Below the pieces are notes generated by a model, which made no database searches, had not been told where the DNA came from, and saw only the letters and a list, made by a program, of their open reading frames with translations. A stretch of 64,000 nucleotides of DNA from Octopus sinensis (taxonomy: Eukaryota), in contig NW_021824835.1 in assembly GCF_006345805.1 (NCBI RefSeq), positions 1,984 through 65,983 of the forward strand, read 5' to 3'. The position numbers and the translations under genes are program-made. Below, piece by piece: positions 51,725 through 64,000 of this stretch. How positions within the stretch are numbered: the stretch's first letter is position 1; the number at the start of each line of letters is the position of its first letter.

Positions 51725-52385
51725 CGTAATAACCCCATGGTTGATGCTGTAATTGACTGACATCTCTCCGCCTTAATAAAAGAGACTGACCTCGGCAAAA
51801 TGAAAAAACAAACTAGGCATCGGTAGTATTTGAACCCAAAACCTAAATAAATAATGTAAAGTGTTTTGTCTAACGCACTGTTGGTTCTAGTAATCTACTA
51901 ACCCCTGAGTGTGAGGTGAGTGGAATTTGAGTGAGAAATGATTGAGAGGAGAGTGGAAGATGTGGGAGAGTTAAGCGAGAGGTAAGTGAAAATTGAGGGA
52001 GAATTGAATGAGAAGAGACTGAGTGTTGAGGGAGATTTGAGTGAAGGCTGAGGGAGAGCTGAGAGAAGATTGACTAAGAGTTGAATTACTGATGAATAAG
52101 AAATGAGTGAGAGGTGAGTAAGTGCTAAACGAGAGCAGATAATTAGAAAATAGTATGGATTCCTTTCCTCCGACAGCAAATGAGTTATAAACGTCTGTTG
52201 GACAACATGGTGATTAACTGGACAATCAGAAAGTGGTGGGAGTGGTGGTGGTGGTGTTGGTGGTGGTGGTACGTGTGATGTTAGGAGTCGTGACCGAATC
52301 TATGGGGGCGGTGACGGGGATTGTGGAGGAGGGGTAGGGAAGTGGGTAGAAAAACATTAAAGATAAGCTATTCATAGTAAGAAGA

Positions 52386-52426
<41 letters not shown>

Positions 52427-52714
52427 AGTTGCTGCTACTGCTACTGTTGTTGTTGTTGCTGCAGCTCCTAGACGATGGCCGCAACATGCAACAACTATGT
52501 ACGACCATGCTGTTATAAATACCCACGTGAATTATTTCAGTACCAAAACTAGCACCGAATGTCTGTAGGGTTTCGTCATTTTCAGGTATATATTTGACTA
52601 CATTATTCTACATGCACACACTCACACACACACACACACACACACTCACACACACATACACACACACACAAACACACACACACACACAAACACACTATAT
52701 TTTCTCTTTCACTT

Positions 52715-52910
52715 AATCCAGTCATTAGAATGCGGCCATGTTGTGACTCCGCTTTGAGAGGATTTTAGTCGAACGATACTAACCCCCCCCCACCTACACC
52801 CCAGTCCTTATCTTTCTTTTAAAGCTTGTTACTTAACTCTTGGTCTCTTTTATCAAACCACTAAGTTACGGGCATGTAAACAAACCAAAACCGGTGGTCA
52901 AGCGGTAGAG
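52715..52910 (-). mobile_element. Family-A SINE 3' half
   Basis: CAGTCATTAGAATGCGGCCATG...CCGGTGGTCAAGCGGT. Confidence 0.65.
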
Positions 52911-53353
52911 GGAGAGATAATTTGATAATTCTTTCAAGTGCTTAGAAGTAATAATTAATAGATAATCTTTCTCAATTTTTTTACTACTTTAATATATATT
53001 ATATACATGTGTGTGTGTGTGTGTGTGTGTATGAAGTAATAAGCAAAATCCAGACAATCATCTCAAAAGCACTTCAAGCATGAGTTTGGCTAGCAAAGTG
53101 TTCAAATAGCAGTGTAAAAGTTAGACCTTTTGATTGACCAATGAACGATTGGTTATACTTCGATTGATTATTAAAGAAGCATTTTACCAATCTAAGGTAT
53201 GTATATCAAATAAGTATGGTTTAATGTTCGCTGACTGAATGAAATTAAATTTGGGGAAAAGAGATGTCAGGTTACGTACGGTTTGGAAAACGATTCCAGT
53301 TGTTTCGTATTACATACACATCTTTTGATATAATTTGATTCTCAGTCAACTTA

Positions 53354-53461
53354 CAATGTCTGAAGAAGTAATGAACTCTAAATGTATTGCATACCATTGC
53401 ACAATTTTTGCATGTAATATGAAGCAAATGACGTTCGTTGATCGAAACGTACGTAACATTG
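53354..53461 (+). ncRNA. Type I hammerhead ribozyme motif, intact core, long helix II
   Basis: CAATGT-CTGAAGA-AGTAATGAAC...GTTCGTTGATC-GAAA-CGTACG-TA-ACATTG; perfect 6-bp helix I, perfect palindrome ACGTACGT, GTA site. Confidence 0.78.
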
Positions 53462-54288
53462 ATCTGAGTTCATTTTTCCGACCAAAATTATCAAATATAT
53501 TAACTGTGTGTTTCTGCAAATCATTAGAAAGTAGGGTGACACATTAGATCAAGTTGTTCTAGATATTCCGCCTCTCGAAAGTAAGGAGATGGTCATGTGT
53601 GAAATCCTTTTAATCAAGGGTTGATAAGTCGATCAGAATTGATGTAAGACGTGAGTGGTAGACAACGCTTGCACTCCACAGTGACTTCACAATGAGTTTA
53701 CTCTATTCCTTGTGGCTCTCATACCCCTCCTTATCTTCATCCTTCCTTCCCAAATTCCCACAGATAAGGTTCTCTGTTATTTCAATCTCTAAAAGGAGCG
53801 TAAAAGGTTTTGAATTACAAAAATTCATTTGCTTAGAACAGGGGTGCCTTTTGCACTTTGTCCGAGAGTGAGGACGAGAAAGAAGTAAGTGCTGGGGCTA
53901 TAACTGAAGGCAAGTGTAAATGGATTATTTTGTCGGGCAATGAAATGCGGAATCGCTTGAGCATCGAACAAAAGAAATTATACTACATACACCCGTGCAC
54001 ATACACAGATATAGATACACGTATGTCATATACATACATACATGAGTGTGTATGTGTATTTGCGTGTGCGCATGTGTGTCTGTGTGTGCATATAAAGGAT
54101 TAGAAAACATATGAAAACTTCGTAAGTGTATGTATGAATGTATATATATATATATATGTATGTATGTATGTATGTATGCATGCATGCATGTATGTATGTA
54201 TGTATGTATGTATGTATGTATGTATGTATGTATGTATGTATGTATGTATCCAGTCATTCACACTCTCTCTTTCTCTCTCTATTCTCTC

Positions 54289-54319
<31 letters not shown>

Positions 54320-54328
54320 CTCGCTCTC

Positions 54329-54373
<45 letters not shown>

Positions 54374-54792
54374 TCGGGTTAAGGGTGTAAATTAAGTAAT
54401 TATAGTTCAATCGTTGACGTAGCGGAAGTGATTGCCATTTACCGCATCCGGAAAGAAAGAAAAAATCTAAAATTGTGAACTTCCCGCCAGAGGGCATTCC
54501 GATAGTTTGGCAGAATCTATCACAGGATTTTGTCACCGTTAAAATAACCATGAAAAAGCTTGTCTGTCGCCGCCATTTTAGTTAGCTTTCTTCTCGCTCT
54601 CTCTATTCTCACTCCTTCTCTCTTCTTACTTCTTTCTATCCATCCCTCCTTCAACCCTCTCTCTCTCTCTCGCTCTCTTTCTCTCTTTCTATCACTATCT
54701 CGTCCTATCTCTCTCTCTCTCTCTCTCTCTCTCTGTCCAGCTTTGCTTTATGAGGCTTCGTATTGCAAGCGACTTCGACTTCCACAAGAGAA

Positions 54793-54823
<31 letters not shown>

Positions 54824-55435
54824 AGCGCACACACAAACACGGGAACTGTTAGACATCGGGGCGTGCATACATACATTATAAATGTATGGACAATCGCATC
54901 CTATGAATACATCTGCATGTGTGTATGTAAATAAGTATACACGCGTTTGTGCGTATGTATATATATGTAAGTATATCTGTCTGTATTTATGCAAAGGTGT
55001 CTGTATGTGTGCGTGTAGGTGTGGGTGTGGGTGTGGGTGTATTAACGCGCATGCATTGACATACATGATGTTGTCTGTGAATATTGTTATTGAACAAGTC
55101 GGTTATTGGGCCGGCATGTAATCACATTCTGCCTAATCCAGGGTCATTTTTGGCGTCCATTCGTTGTAGATACGAATGAATTTGTTAACCTCGCTAGTAT
55201 TTCTCACTGTGAGCATAGTGATACAACACACGCACACATACATTTATACATACTTAAGTACGTATATATATATGCATATATGCTACGTATGCACATGCAT
55301 ATAAACGTACATACGCACATGTATTCGTATATACATTCATTTTTCTTGGGGCAACACGTTCATAGAAACATGATCAGTTCACTTAGAATAAAGAACTCAA
55401 AAGTTAGAAGTCTGAGTATCAATATGTTTAATCAT

Positions 55436-55668
55436 TATTCATGAGTCCAACAAAATATATTTTGTTTCGCCCTATACAAACAGACACATAAACACATGCG
55501 CACACACGACGAGCTCTCACATCGTTTCCGTGTATCAATCCTCTTACAAAGCATTGGTTGGCCCGGGGTTATCATAGAAGACACTTGATCAAAGGTGTTA
55601 TACATTGGGACTGAACCCGAAACCTCGTAGTTACAAAACAAATTTCGTAACCACGCAGCCATGCCTGT
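55436..55668 (-). mobile_element. Family-A SINE 5' half
   Basis: Reverse complement of head and body (GGGACTGAACCCGAAACC...CGTAACCACGCAGCCATGCCTG). Confidence 0.75.
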
Positions 55669-55931
55669 GAAGGCGCTTATTTTCCGTTTTGTATTCGTTG
55701 TCTTTTTTTTGTGTGGGTGTTTATGGTTTTTGTGGTTGAGTTTCGAAAATGTCAGAGAAGGGCGTTTGTTTAATGCTGCAGTGTGGAAATAGAATCTGAA
55801 GTTATTATAGTGACATGTAGTGTGACATGATCGCTACTATTGTTATTCTACAAACCAGTTCACTTTGATTCTTTTGGGGAGCAGTGAGTCTCGAAACACA
55901 CATACAGCTATGAATATTGGCATATAGATAT

Positions 55932-56143
55932 TCGTTTCTACTATAGACACAAGGCCTGAAATTTTGGGGGAGGGGATAGTCGATTATATCGATACCAGAG
56001 CTCAACTGACATTAATTTTATCGACCCCGAAAGGATGAAAGGCAAAGTCGACCTCCGCGGAATTTGAACACAGAACGTAAGGACGAACGAAATGCCGCTA
56101 AGCATTTTGCATGGCGTGCTAACTATTCTGCCACTTCGCTGCC
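55932..56143 (-). mobile_element. Family-B SINE, full length
   Basis: GACCCCGAAAGGATGAAAGGCAAAGTCGACCTCCGCGGAATTTGAAC block. Confidence 0.9.
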
Positions 56144-56339
56144 TGTATCATGTAAATACTGAGCTGAAAAAATACTTTTGCAGAGAAAAAAAAAAACGAA
56201 GGCTGCCCGTATTAGAAAGCTTGTGTCTACAGGAGATGCGGTTTTGTGGCCCACGGGCGCCTTCAATTTTTTTCCAGTCCAACTCAATATCTACATGCAA
56301 TTATTTATAAATTTATTCCACGTTTTCTCGAAAATCTAA

Positions 56340-56900
56340 AAAGTCTTATTTAACTTCAGTTCGTTTTTCGTTAGTGTTGGATATAATTGTTTACTAAATT
56401 TCTATTTATGAATTTTTGCGAGACCCGTGTGAAGTTGTCTGACACTGAATAGTACAGTGGTTTTTGTGGTTTTGATCTTTTAATTTTGAGGCCATGTCTG
56501 GTTTTTACAAGGGTGTTTATTTCTGAAGTGTAATCCTTGCATTATTTTCATGTTGCCTTGAGGGGAATATTTTTGTTGATCCGTCTATAATTATTTTGTC
56601 CAAAGTGTGTTCAGCAGCTGTCATATTTGTGATGTTTGTATTGTCTTCCGGAAGCCTTGATTCTAATCCTAAGTGGAAATTCTTATACCGAGATTTTTTG
56701 AAGTTTCTAAAAGTGTTTTTCTTCATTGATGTATGAGTCTGGTGTAATAATAATCGGTAGGTGGTACCAATATAAAGTTCTGGAAGTATTGGCCAAATGA
56801 TTTTGATTGCTAAGAATGTATTGGTCAAAACGTGATGATCAGAGAAGATTGGTTTTATTCATGTTAATAAGATGTGTGTGTGTGTGTGTGTTTATTGTTG
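56340..56900 (-). mobile_element. Possible decayed PLE GIY-YIG remnant
   Basis: Track ORF 56517-56828 contains ELYIGTT...KNTFRNFKKS, resembling the YIG.T...NH..TFRN region of PLE endonucleases. Confidence 0.4.
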
Positions 56901-57949
56901 CGGTGATGATGAATTGTCTTCGATGTGAAGGAAGTTCAGTTGTGGTGATATTATATTGTCTCATTCGTTATCTGTTCTATCTAAAAACCAACGATGTTGA
57001 GTGCATCGGAGCTATTCGAATAGTGATGTTTGTAAGATGGATACAAACTCTAGATCGCCGTAGCTGCTAGAATGTAATATGGGGCGGTTGGTGAAAATTC
57101 ATGTGTGTGTGTGCGCACGCGCATTAATGTCTGTTTTTATGTTGAATCGGATGAAGGCTAAGCAGGCTGAAACTTCGAAGTGACTATCAATACTAATCTT
57201 GTGAAAGAATAACAAATATACGTGTGCGTTCATTATGCACTTCACATTCCAGCATTTAATTTCAGAGACTTTATTTTAAGTTTAATGGTGTCTCTTATTA
57301 TTATTCCTCATATGACAATTGCTAAATCTATATATTGTGTGCAAAAGGAGTTGTCTATCTAGAACTGAGCAGAATTCAAAATAGTGACTCCATTGTTTCT
57401 CTAGAAACTAGTTTAGCTTTCGTTGTTACTTATTCATACATGATTGTCGTAAATGATGACAATAAATTTTACTTGCATATTATTGCTTTTTGTCGTTATT
57501 TTCATATGAAATTACTTCGTATGGAGGACCGAGGCTCACAAAATCCGAAAGAATTAATTATACGCTGCTCATTGAATTCTATATTTTATTACGAAGAGGT
57601 TCTTTTTATTTTTGTAAGAGAGAATGAATTCTGATGATACAATAAGATTTTCGTAATTTCTGCGACGCACAGATTGCATGTCTTCGGTAACTGGAAATTG
57701 AGTTCAATGCAAATAATATCAGTAAATATAATTTAATTGTTTATAGTTATAATATTTAACAACTTAACAACATTCATCTCATTCGCTAAATAATACCTTT
57801 TTATAATATCGTACCCCTGATTACACATAGAGCCTCTGCTTACCTCATTCGGGTTATCATCCTTATGCTTAACACTAAAATCGTAGAGCAATTTAGCAGC
57901 TATTCCCTGGATGAAATACAAGCAGAAACAGTTTCAACTGATCGGAGCT

Positions 57950-58285
57950 AAGACTACATCAAAAAATCTCCTCTTGTAAGTGAATTTGGCAGTCGGAGCC
58001 TGTGTGGAAGCCCGTCGTATGAATATGTACATATATATGTGTGTGTGAATGTGTGTGTGAGTGTGTCTGTCTGTCAGTGCGTGTGTGATTGTATTTCCTT
58101 TCCCATATGCCCAACTGTGTTGGTTTGTCTGTAATTTCGTGGATCGGCGAAAACAGTGAAAAAATATAAGTATTAGACCTAAAAAAAAATACAGAACTAC
58201 TGGGTTTGATTTGTTCGGCAAAAATCTTTCAAGGCGGTGCTCCAGTATGGCCGCAATCGAATGTTTGAAGTAAAAGATAAGATAT
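57950..58285 (+). mobile_element. Family-A SINE, diverged, 5'-truncated
   Basis: GTGAATTTGGCAG...GAAGCCCGTCG, internal (TG)n, CAAGGCGGTGCTCCAGTATGGCCGCAATC tail. Confidence 0.65.
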
Positions 58286-59126
58286 AAGTGTAATACCGCA
58301 TTGTCTTTATTTATACAAGTATGTGTGTGTTTGTATGTCTGTGTTTGTGTGTGTGCGTGTATGTGTGTGTGTGCGCGCATATATGTGTACGCGCATGTGT
58401 GTATTCAATTGTATATACAAATTGTTATACTTATATATACAAATAGACATATATTTTACATAAGCATAGATATGTATAAGTCTCTCTCTCAGTCTCCTCT
58501 CTCACTATATATATATATACACATATATATATATATGCACACGTATTCATGCATACATATATATCCATACATGCCTGCATATATACATCCAAGCATACAA
58601 ATATATATAGATATATATAGAAATAGATAGAGAGATAGATAGTTAGATTGTGTGTGTGTGTGTATGTATATATATATATATGCATGCATGCATATAGGTT
58701 TGTATGTATGTATGCATGTACGCATGTATGTATGTATGCATGTATGTATGAATGTATGTATGCATATGTGTATGTATATGTGCGTGTATATAAATATAAA
58801 GTTTCTGCTAATAATAACAATAACAACAACAGCAGTGGTAATAAACTGTATAGAAAAAAAAGACATAAAATGAATTTTTAAAAGAAAAAATGAAATAAAT
58901 AAAGAGCAAAACAATCCCAAGAACAAATTACGAAATCAGTCGATGATGGAATATTGAAATACATTGAATGGAATTAGTTTTTGTTGTTGTTGTTGTTGTT
59001 GTTCTTGTAGGATAGAATAATTTCCGAAGAACGAAAAATGAAACCAATAAAAATTTGAAAAAATAAAAAAAAAATTAAAATAGAAAACGTAAAGGGGGGA
59101 AAAAGGAAAAGCGTAAAACGAAAATG

Positions 59127-59184
<58 letters not shown>

Positions 59185-59707
59185 TTGTAGAATTACGAGT
59201 TAAAATTCTGAATGGTTAGTAACTTTATTGCATATTAAATCTGCTTCATCTTCCATCTTGGTTTTTTTATGTTTTTCTGCCATCACGTGGTGTTGGCCAT
59301 TTTGTGAAAAGAAATGGCTACTCGCTTATGTTTCTTTCTCATTCTGCTCATTCCTATTACACCATCACTCTCTCTTTGTCGCTCTCTCTCTCTATCTATC
59401 TATCTATCAATCTATCTATCTATCTATCTATCTGCTTCTTTATATCTGTCTATCCCTGGATGTCTTTATCTTCCAATTTCATTCTGTCCTCCTTTCTTTA
59501 TTCCACCCAACATATCTGTCTAAAATACTGTTTCTCATCCGGTCCTCCCACCCATACCTACTCTGTCATTCACTCCCTCTCTTTCCCCTGTCTCAATGTC
59601 TCTTTCTCTCTCTCTCGCGCACTTTCTGTAAATGTGTCTGGGTAGGTATTTCGCTTTTATCTGATATTTTTAGCATTCACCATCATCATCATCATCATTA
59701 CCATCAC

Positions 59708-59739
<32 letters not shown>

Positions 59740-60387
59740 CCGTCATCAGCATCATTATTATCATCATCACCATCATCAAAGTCATCACCATTATTGACAT
59801 CAACATCACCTCACAACTACCGCCACCACTAGAACTATTGCCCACCCGTTTCATTCATTCATCACCACCATCGTCGTCACCATCATTATCATCATCATCA
59901 TCATCATCATAACTAACCATCATGATCATTATAATCATCATCGCCATCAGTCAAATGATACTATTATTAATAAAGAAATTATTATCATCATTATTATTAT
60001 CATCATCATCATCATTATTATTATAGTTATTAATATCATCCTCATCATTATTGCTATTGTTTTCTCTTTTATCTATTATTCTATAATGTACAACAGCAAC
60101 AACAACAACAGTACTTTAACCAGGGTAAAAAAAAGTGCATGAAAAAGTTATATATATATATATATCTATAAACATGGTCGTCGTTATCATGGTTTTCAAT
60201 ATTAATGTTGTTGTTGTTGTAGTTATCGTTGTTGTTGTGGCTATTTTATTGCTATTGAGATTAATAATATTGTTCTTGCTATTTTTGCCGTTTCTTTTAT
60301 CTTATTTTGTTATATTTTTATTATGTTTCATGTTATTTTTAGTATTTTCAGCTGTAAAAATTTCCAAAAATATTTTATTTTATCGTG

Positions 60388-60439
<52 letters not shown>

Positions 60440-60957
60440 ACACACACACACACACACATATATATTGAAATAATTTGTTGTCTGTGCCTGACCTTTTTTG
60501 AAAAGCAAACTAATTCGTTAAATCCACATTACCCTGCCAAGCCGTTCCTCACACCGGCTATCATATCACCCACTTCTCTTTCTATGTAACTCATACCTCT
60601 ATGTAACTCCCACAACAGCTAAGTCTTCTCTCTCTCTCTTTCTCTCCTTTTCGGTCTTCTCCCTCTCTCTCACTGTCTGTGTCATTCTTTCTCTCTCTCT
60701 CTCCCTCCCATTCTCTGGCTTTTTCTCTCTTATTTCCTCTCTCTGTCTTTCTGTCTGTCTGTCTCTGCCCCCTACCTTCTCTTTATGTCTGCCTCTCTCT
60801 CCTGCAATCTCCCTCCTGCTCTCTTTCTCCTCCTCCTCTCTCTCTCTCTCCTGGTCCCTCTCTTTCTTTCTATTTCTCTCTCTCTACCCCTCTCTCTACC
60901 CGACTCCTTGAAAGATCTCACTTCAGAGAAAATAAAACAATACCCAAGAGACATAAT

Positions 60958-60992
<35 letters not shown>

Positions 60993-61875
60993 TGTGTGTA
61001 TATGTGTGCGTGTGTGTGAGGGAGAGAGAAAGAGAGACAGACACAGACAGACTGAGGGAAAGTGTATATGCGTTTGTTTGAGTACGTGTTTGTATGTGTG
61101 TGCGTGTGCAAGAGAATAAACGGGAGAGTGAGAGTGAGAGAGAGAGAGAGACAGACAGACAGACCCACACACACACACACACAGTCACACACAGAAATGG
61201 GGTTGTTCTCTGGTTTTCTGGCCGACACAATTGTCTACTTCAAGTTTACTTACATAATAGCTATGTAACAATAATGATTGACAATTATGGAATATACTCA
61301 CACACACTGCCATGAGTGCATGTGCATACATAATATGTATTTTAAAATATTCATATACACACTTTATATGTGCCTCTGTGTGTGCGCGTGTGTACCGTGG
61401 GGGAAAGCCTCTGAGGTGGTTGGTCATGATTTGAATGGGTAGATTCGTTTCGAGCGAGAGTTTTCTTACACTAGCATTAGTGTCATATTATACACTATCT
61501 TTAGGATAGCGTGTTAGCGCCGACGGAAACTCGCTTTTCTTTTACATTTGTTTGTCCTCGATCAAGATTGATCAACGGATCGTAAACACCATCCAGAAGG
61601 ATCGATCCTCCAACACCCACGGCTTCTTTTAACTACAACCAGAAATATCAACATCAAATACTGCATTTACTACTACTACTACTACTACAACTACTACTAC
61701 TTTTACTGTACTATTGTACTACTACTACTACTACTACTACAACTACTACTACTATTACTGTACTATTGTACTACTACTACTACTACTACTACTATTGTAC
61801 TACTACTACTGCTACTCCTCCTTTTCCACATCCCTCCTCCTACTACTACTACTGCTACTCCTCCTCCTCCTCCTC

Positions 61876-61909
<34 letters not shown>

Positions 61910-62619
61910 CACTGGTCTCAGCTTCACTGTCATTACCACCACCACTACCAACACTATCACTTCAGATACCACTACCACATTATCACAACCAAAGCCATTG
62001 TCATTTTTCTCCACCACTGCTACCACCATGACCAACATCACCACCACCCCCACTCACTCCGCCAACACCATCGCCATAACCATCGCAGCCACCTTCATTG
62101 TCAGCGCCACCACCACCACCACCACAAGTACCACCACCATCACCGCCATCAACAACAACTCTTTCTCCCCCACCCCTTACTATTACTTCTATCGTTAATA
62201 GCAGCCATTAAGGCTCCATCAAATCCTTCCGTGACCTCTTCAAAGTAAAAGAGGCACTGAAGAAAAATATCACTGGTTGTAATAAACGTTGCAATAAAAA
62301 CAAAACAGTATCAACAACAAGAACAGGAACAACAACAAAAGTGGGTCAATGAGTGAGCCATTGTGCGATGAAATCTTGTGCTAGAAATAGCAGCCAGATT
62401 ATCCTCGATTCCATACAATCTTGTGTGAAAAGAGGAAAAGGGAGAAAGGACATTTTGGAAAATGCATAATATTTACATTAGATACCAGTGCTCAAGAAAA
62501 CTCGGTCTGTATCTGCTGCTACTAATAAGACTACCGCCAATACTGTCACAACGACGATGACCACCACCACCACCACGACGATGACCACCACCACCACCAC
62601 CAGTACTACTACTACTTCG

Positions 62620-62925
62620 TGAAGGCGCGTAGCTTAGTGGTTAGGACATTCGACTCAGAAGATTGTAAGGTCGTGAGTTCAATTCCGGGCGACGCATTGT
62701 GTCTTTTACCAAGAGACTTTATTTCTCATTGCACCAGTCCATTCAGCTGGCAAAAATGAGTTGTACCTGTAATTCAAAGGGCCAGCTTTGTCACACTCTG
62801 TGGTACGCTGAATCTCCCTGAGAACTACGTTAAGGGTTACGAGTGTCTGTGGAGTGCTCTTCACGAGCAGGCTGTCCTGTTGATGATACCAGCTGGGAAC
62901 GTCATCGTCGTAACAGACAGAATGC
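62620..62925 (+). mobile_element. tRNA-derived SINE, family D
   Basis: A-box TAGCTTAGTGGTTAGG, B-box GAGTTCAATTCC, then a body distinct from families A-C. Confidence 0.75.
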
Positions 62926-62951
62926 TCCTCTACTACAACTACTACTGCTAC

Positions 62952-63030
<79 letters not shown>

Positions 63031-64000
63031 GCTCCTGCTTGTTTCTAAACTAACAACACCGATGCCACCACCACTCGCAACAACAATGAAATACAACAGC
63101 ACTACCACAAAGTCACAACCACCACCACTTAATACCTCTACCGTCCCCACCACTACTACTAGTACTATAACCACTACCACTATTAGTTATACCACAATCT
63201 CTACAACCACCAACACTACCACTATCACATATACCACCAACACCACCGTCACCACCACCACCACCACCATCAACAACACCATCACCACCACCACTACCAC
63301 CATCACCTTCAACACCACCATCACCACCCTCACCCTCGACACCAGCATCACCCGCACCACACTACCACCACCATGACCACCATCACCGCCACCACCACCA
63401 TCACCACCATCATCATCACCACCACCAACAACAACAAAATCACCATCACCGCCGCCACCACCATCACCACCATCATCATCGCCACCACCACCAACAACAA
63501 CATCACCATCACCACCACCACCACCACCACCATCCTCGACACCAGCAGCACCAGCGCCACTACCATCACCAGCATCCTACCACAACGATCGCCACCGCCA
63601 CCACCACTACCACCACCAGTACTATAATTATCACTATTCTGTACTTATTCACATCGGTCATATATCTTCGGTGTTGACACAGAAACTACCAACGGCAGGC
63701 TGAGACAGTTTGGTGTCTTTAGATTTATTAACAGACTTTGGAAAGGCAAATGTCAAGGCAGCAGAAATCTCTTGTAGGCCCACTACAACAACACACAACC
63801 CCTCGACATACCCTATCAGCCTTCCCGCACGCCTCCGCACACACCACACTCCATACCACCACATTTCACCCCACCACACCAACTCCAACACGCCAACACA
63901 CTCCTGCGCACCACATCACAGAGCACCCATACCAATCTGCTGTGATACGCCACGCTTATCACTTCGTCCTCTCTGTACTCTAAAATCTTCCAACCAAGTA

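Noticed and set aside
61714-63627. Thr-rich mucin-like ORFs (e.g. 62843-63376, 63373-63627)
   Set aside because: Built from (TAC)/(ACC)/(ATC) repeats, open on both strands, partly starting inside a SINE; no splice or domain support.
63658-63800. Possible terminal exon on the minus strand (GLQEISAALTFAFPKSVNKSKDTKLSQPAVGSFCVNTEDI*)
   Set aside because: Preceded by a plausible AG, but I recognise no homology and see no partner exons; needs RNA-seq or TBLASTN.

Overview
Repeat-saturated, AT-rich eukaryotic genomic DNA with no host protein-coding exon I can recognise. The microsatellite density and the tRNA-derived SINE families suggest a cephalopod (Octopus-like) intergenic or intronic region; this is an inference. 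Almost all ORFs in the track are translations of microsatellites. The real coding signal comes from retroelements: (1) a nearly intact RTE-clade LINE on the minus strand (32959-35940) whose single APE-RT frame is broken by one in-frame TAG; (2) an RT-deleted Tx1/L1-type element sitting in a (TATC)n array (45655-48178); (3) Penelope-like element (PLE) remnants with RT-thumb and GIY-YIG motifs (22679-24995, 29280-31420, 56340-56900); (4) fragments of RTE, CR1/L2 and R4/Dong-like elements. Two DNA-transposon MITEs and more than 25 SINE copies are also present. The most notable hidden layer, read by hand from the sequence, is about nine hammerhead-ribozyme (HHR)-like motifs. Four have an intact CUGANGA/GAAA core and an unusually long helix II (11817, 24892, 31122, 53354). 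One, inside a fold-back at 36452-36737, has a compensatory G3-C8 swap of the catalytic C3-G8 pair. Five fold-back inversions occur, mostly beside these PLE-type termini. All structures were paired by eye and none was tested computationally.
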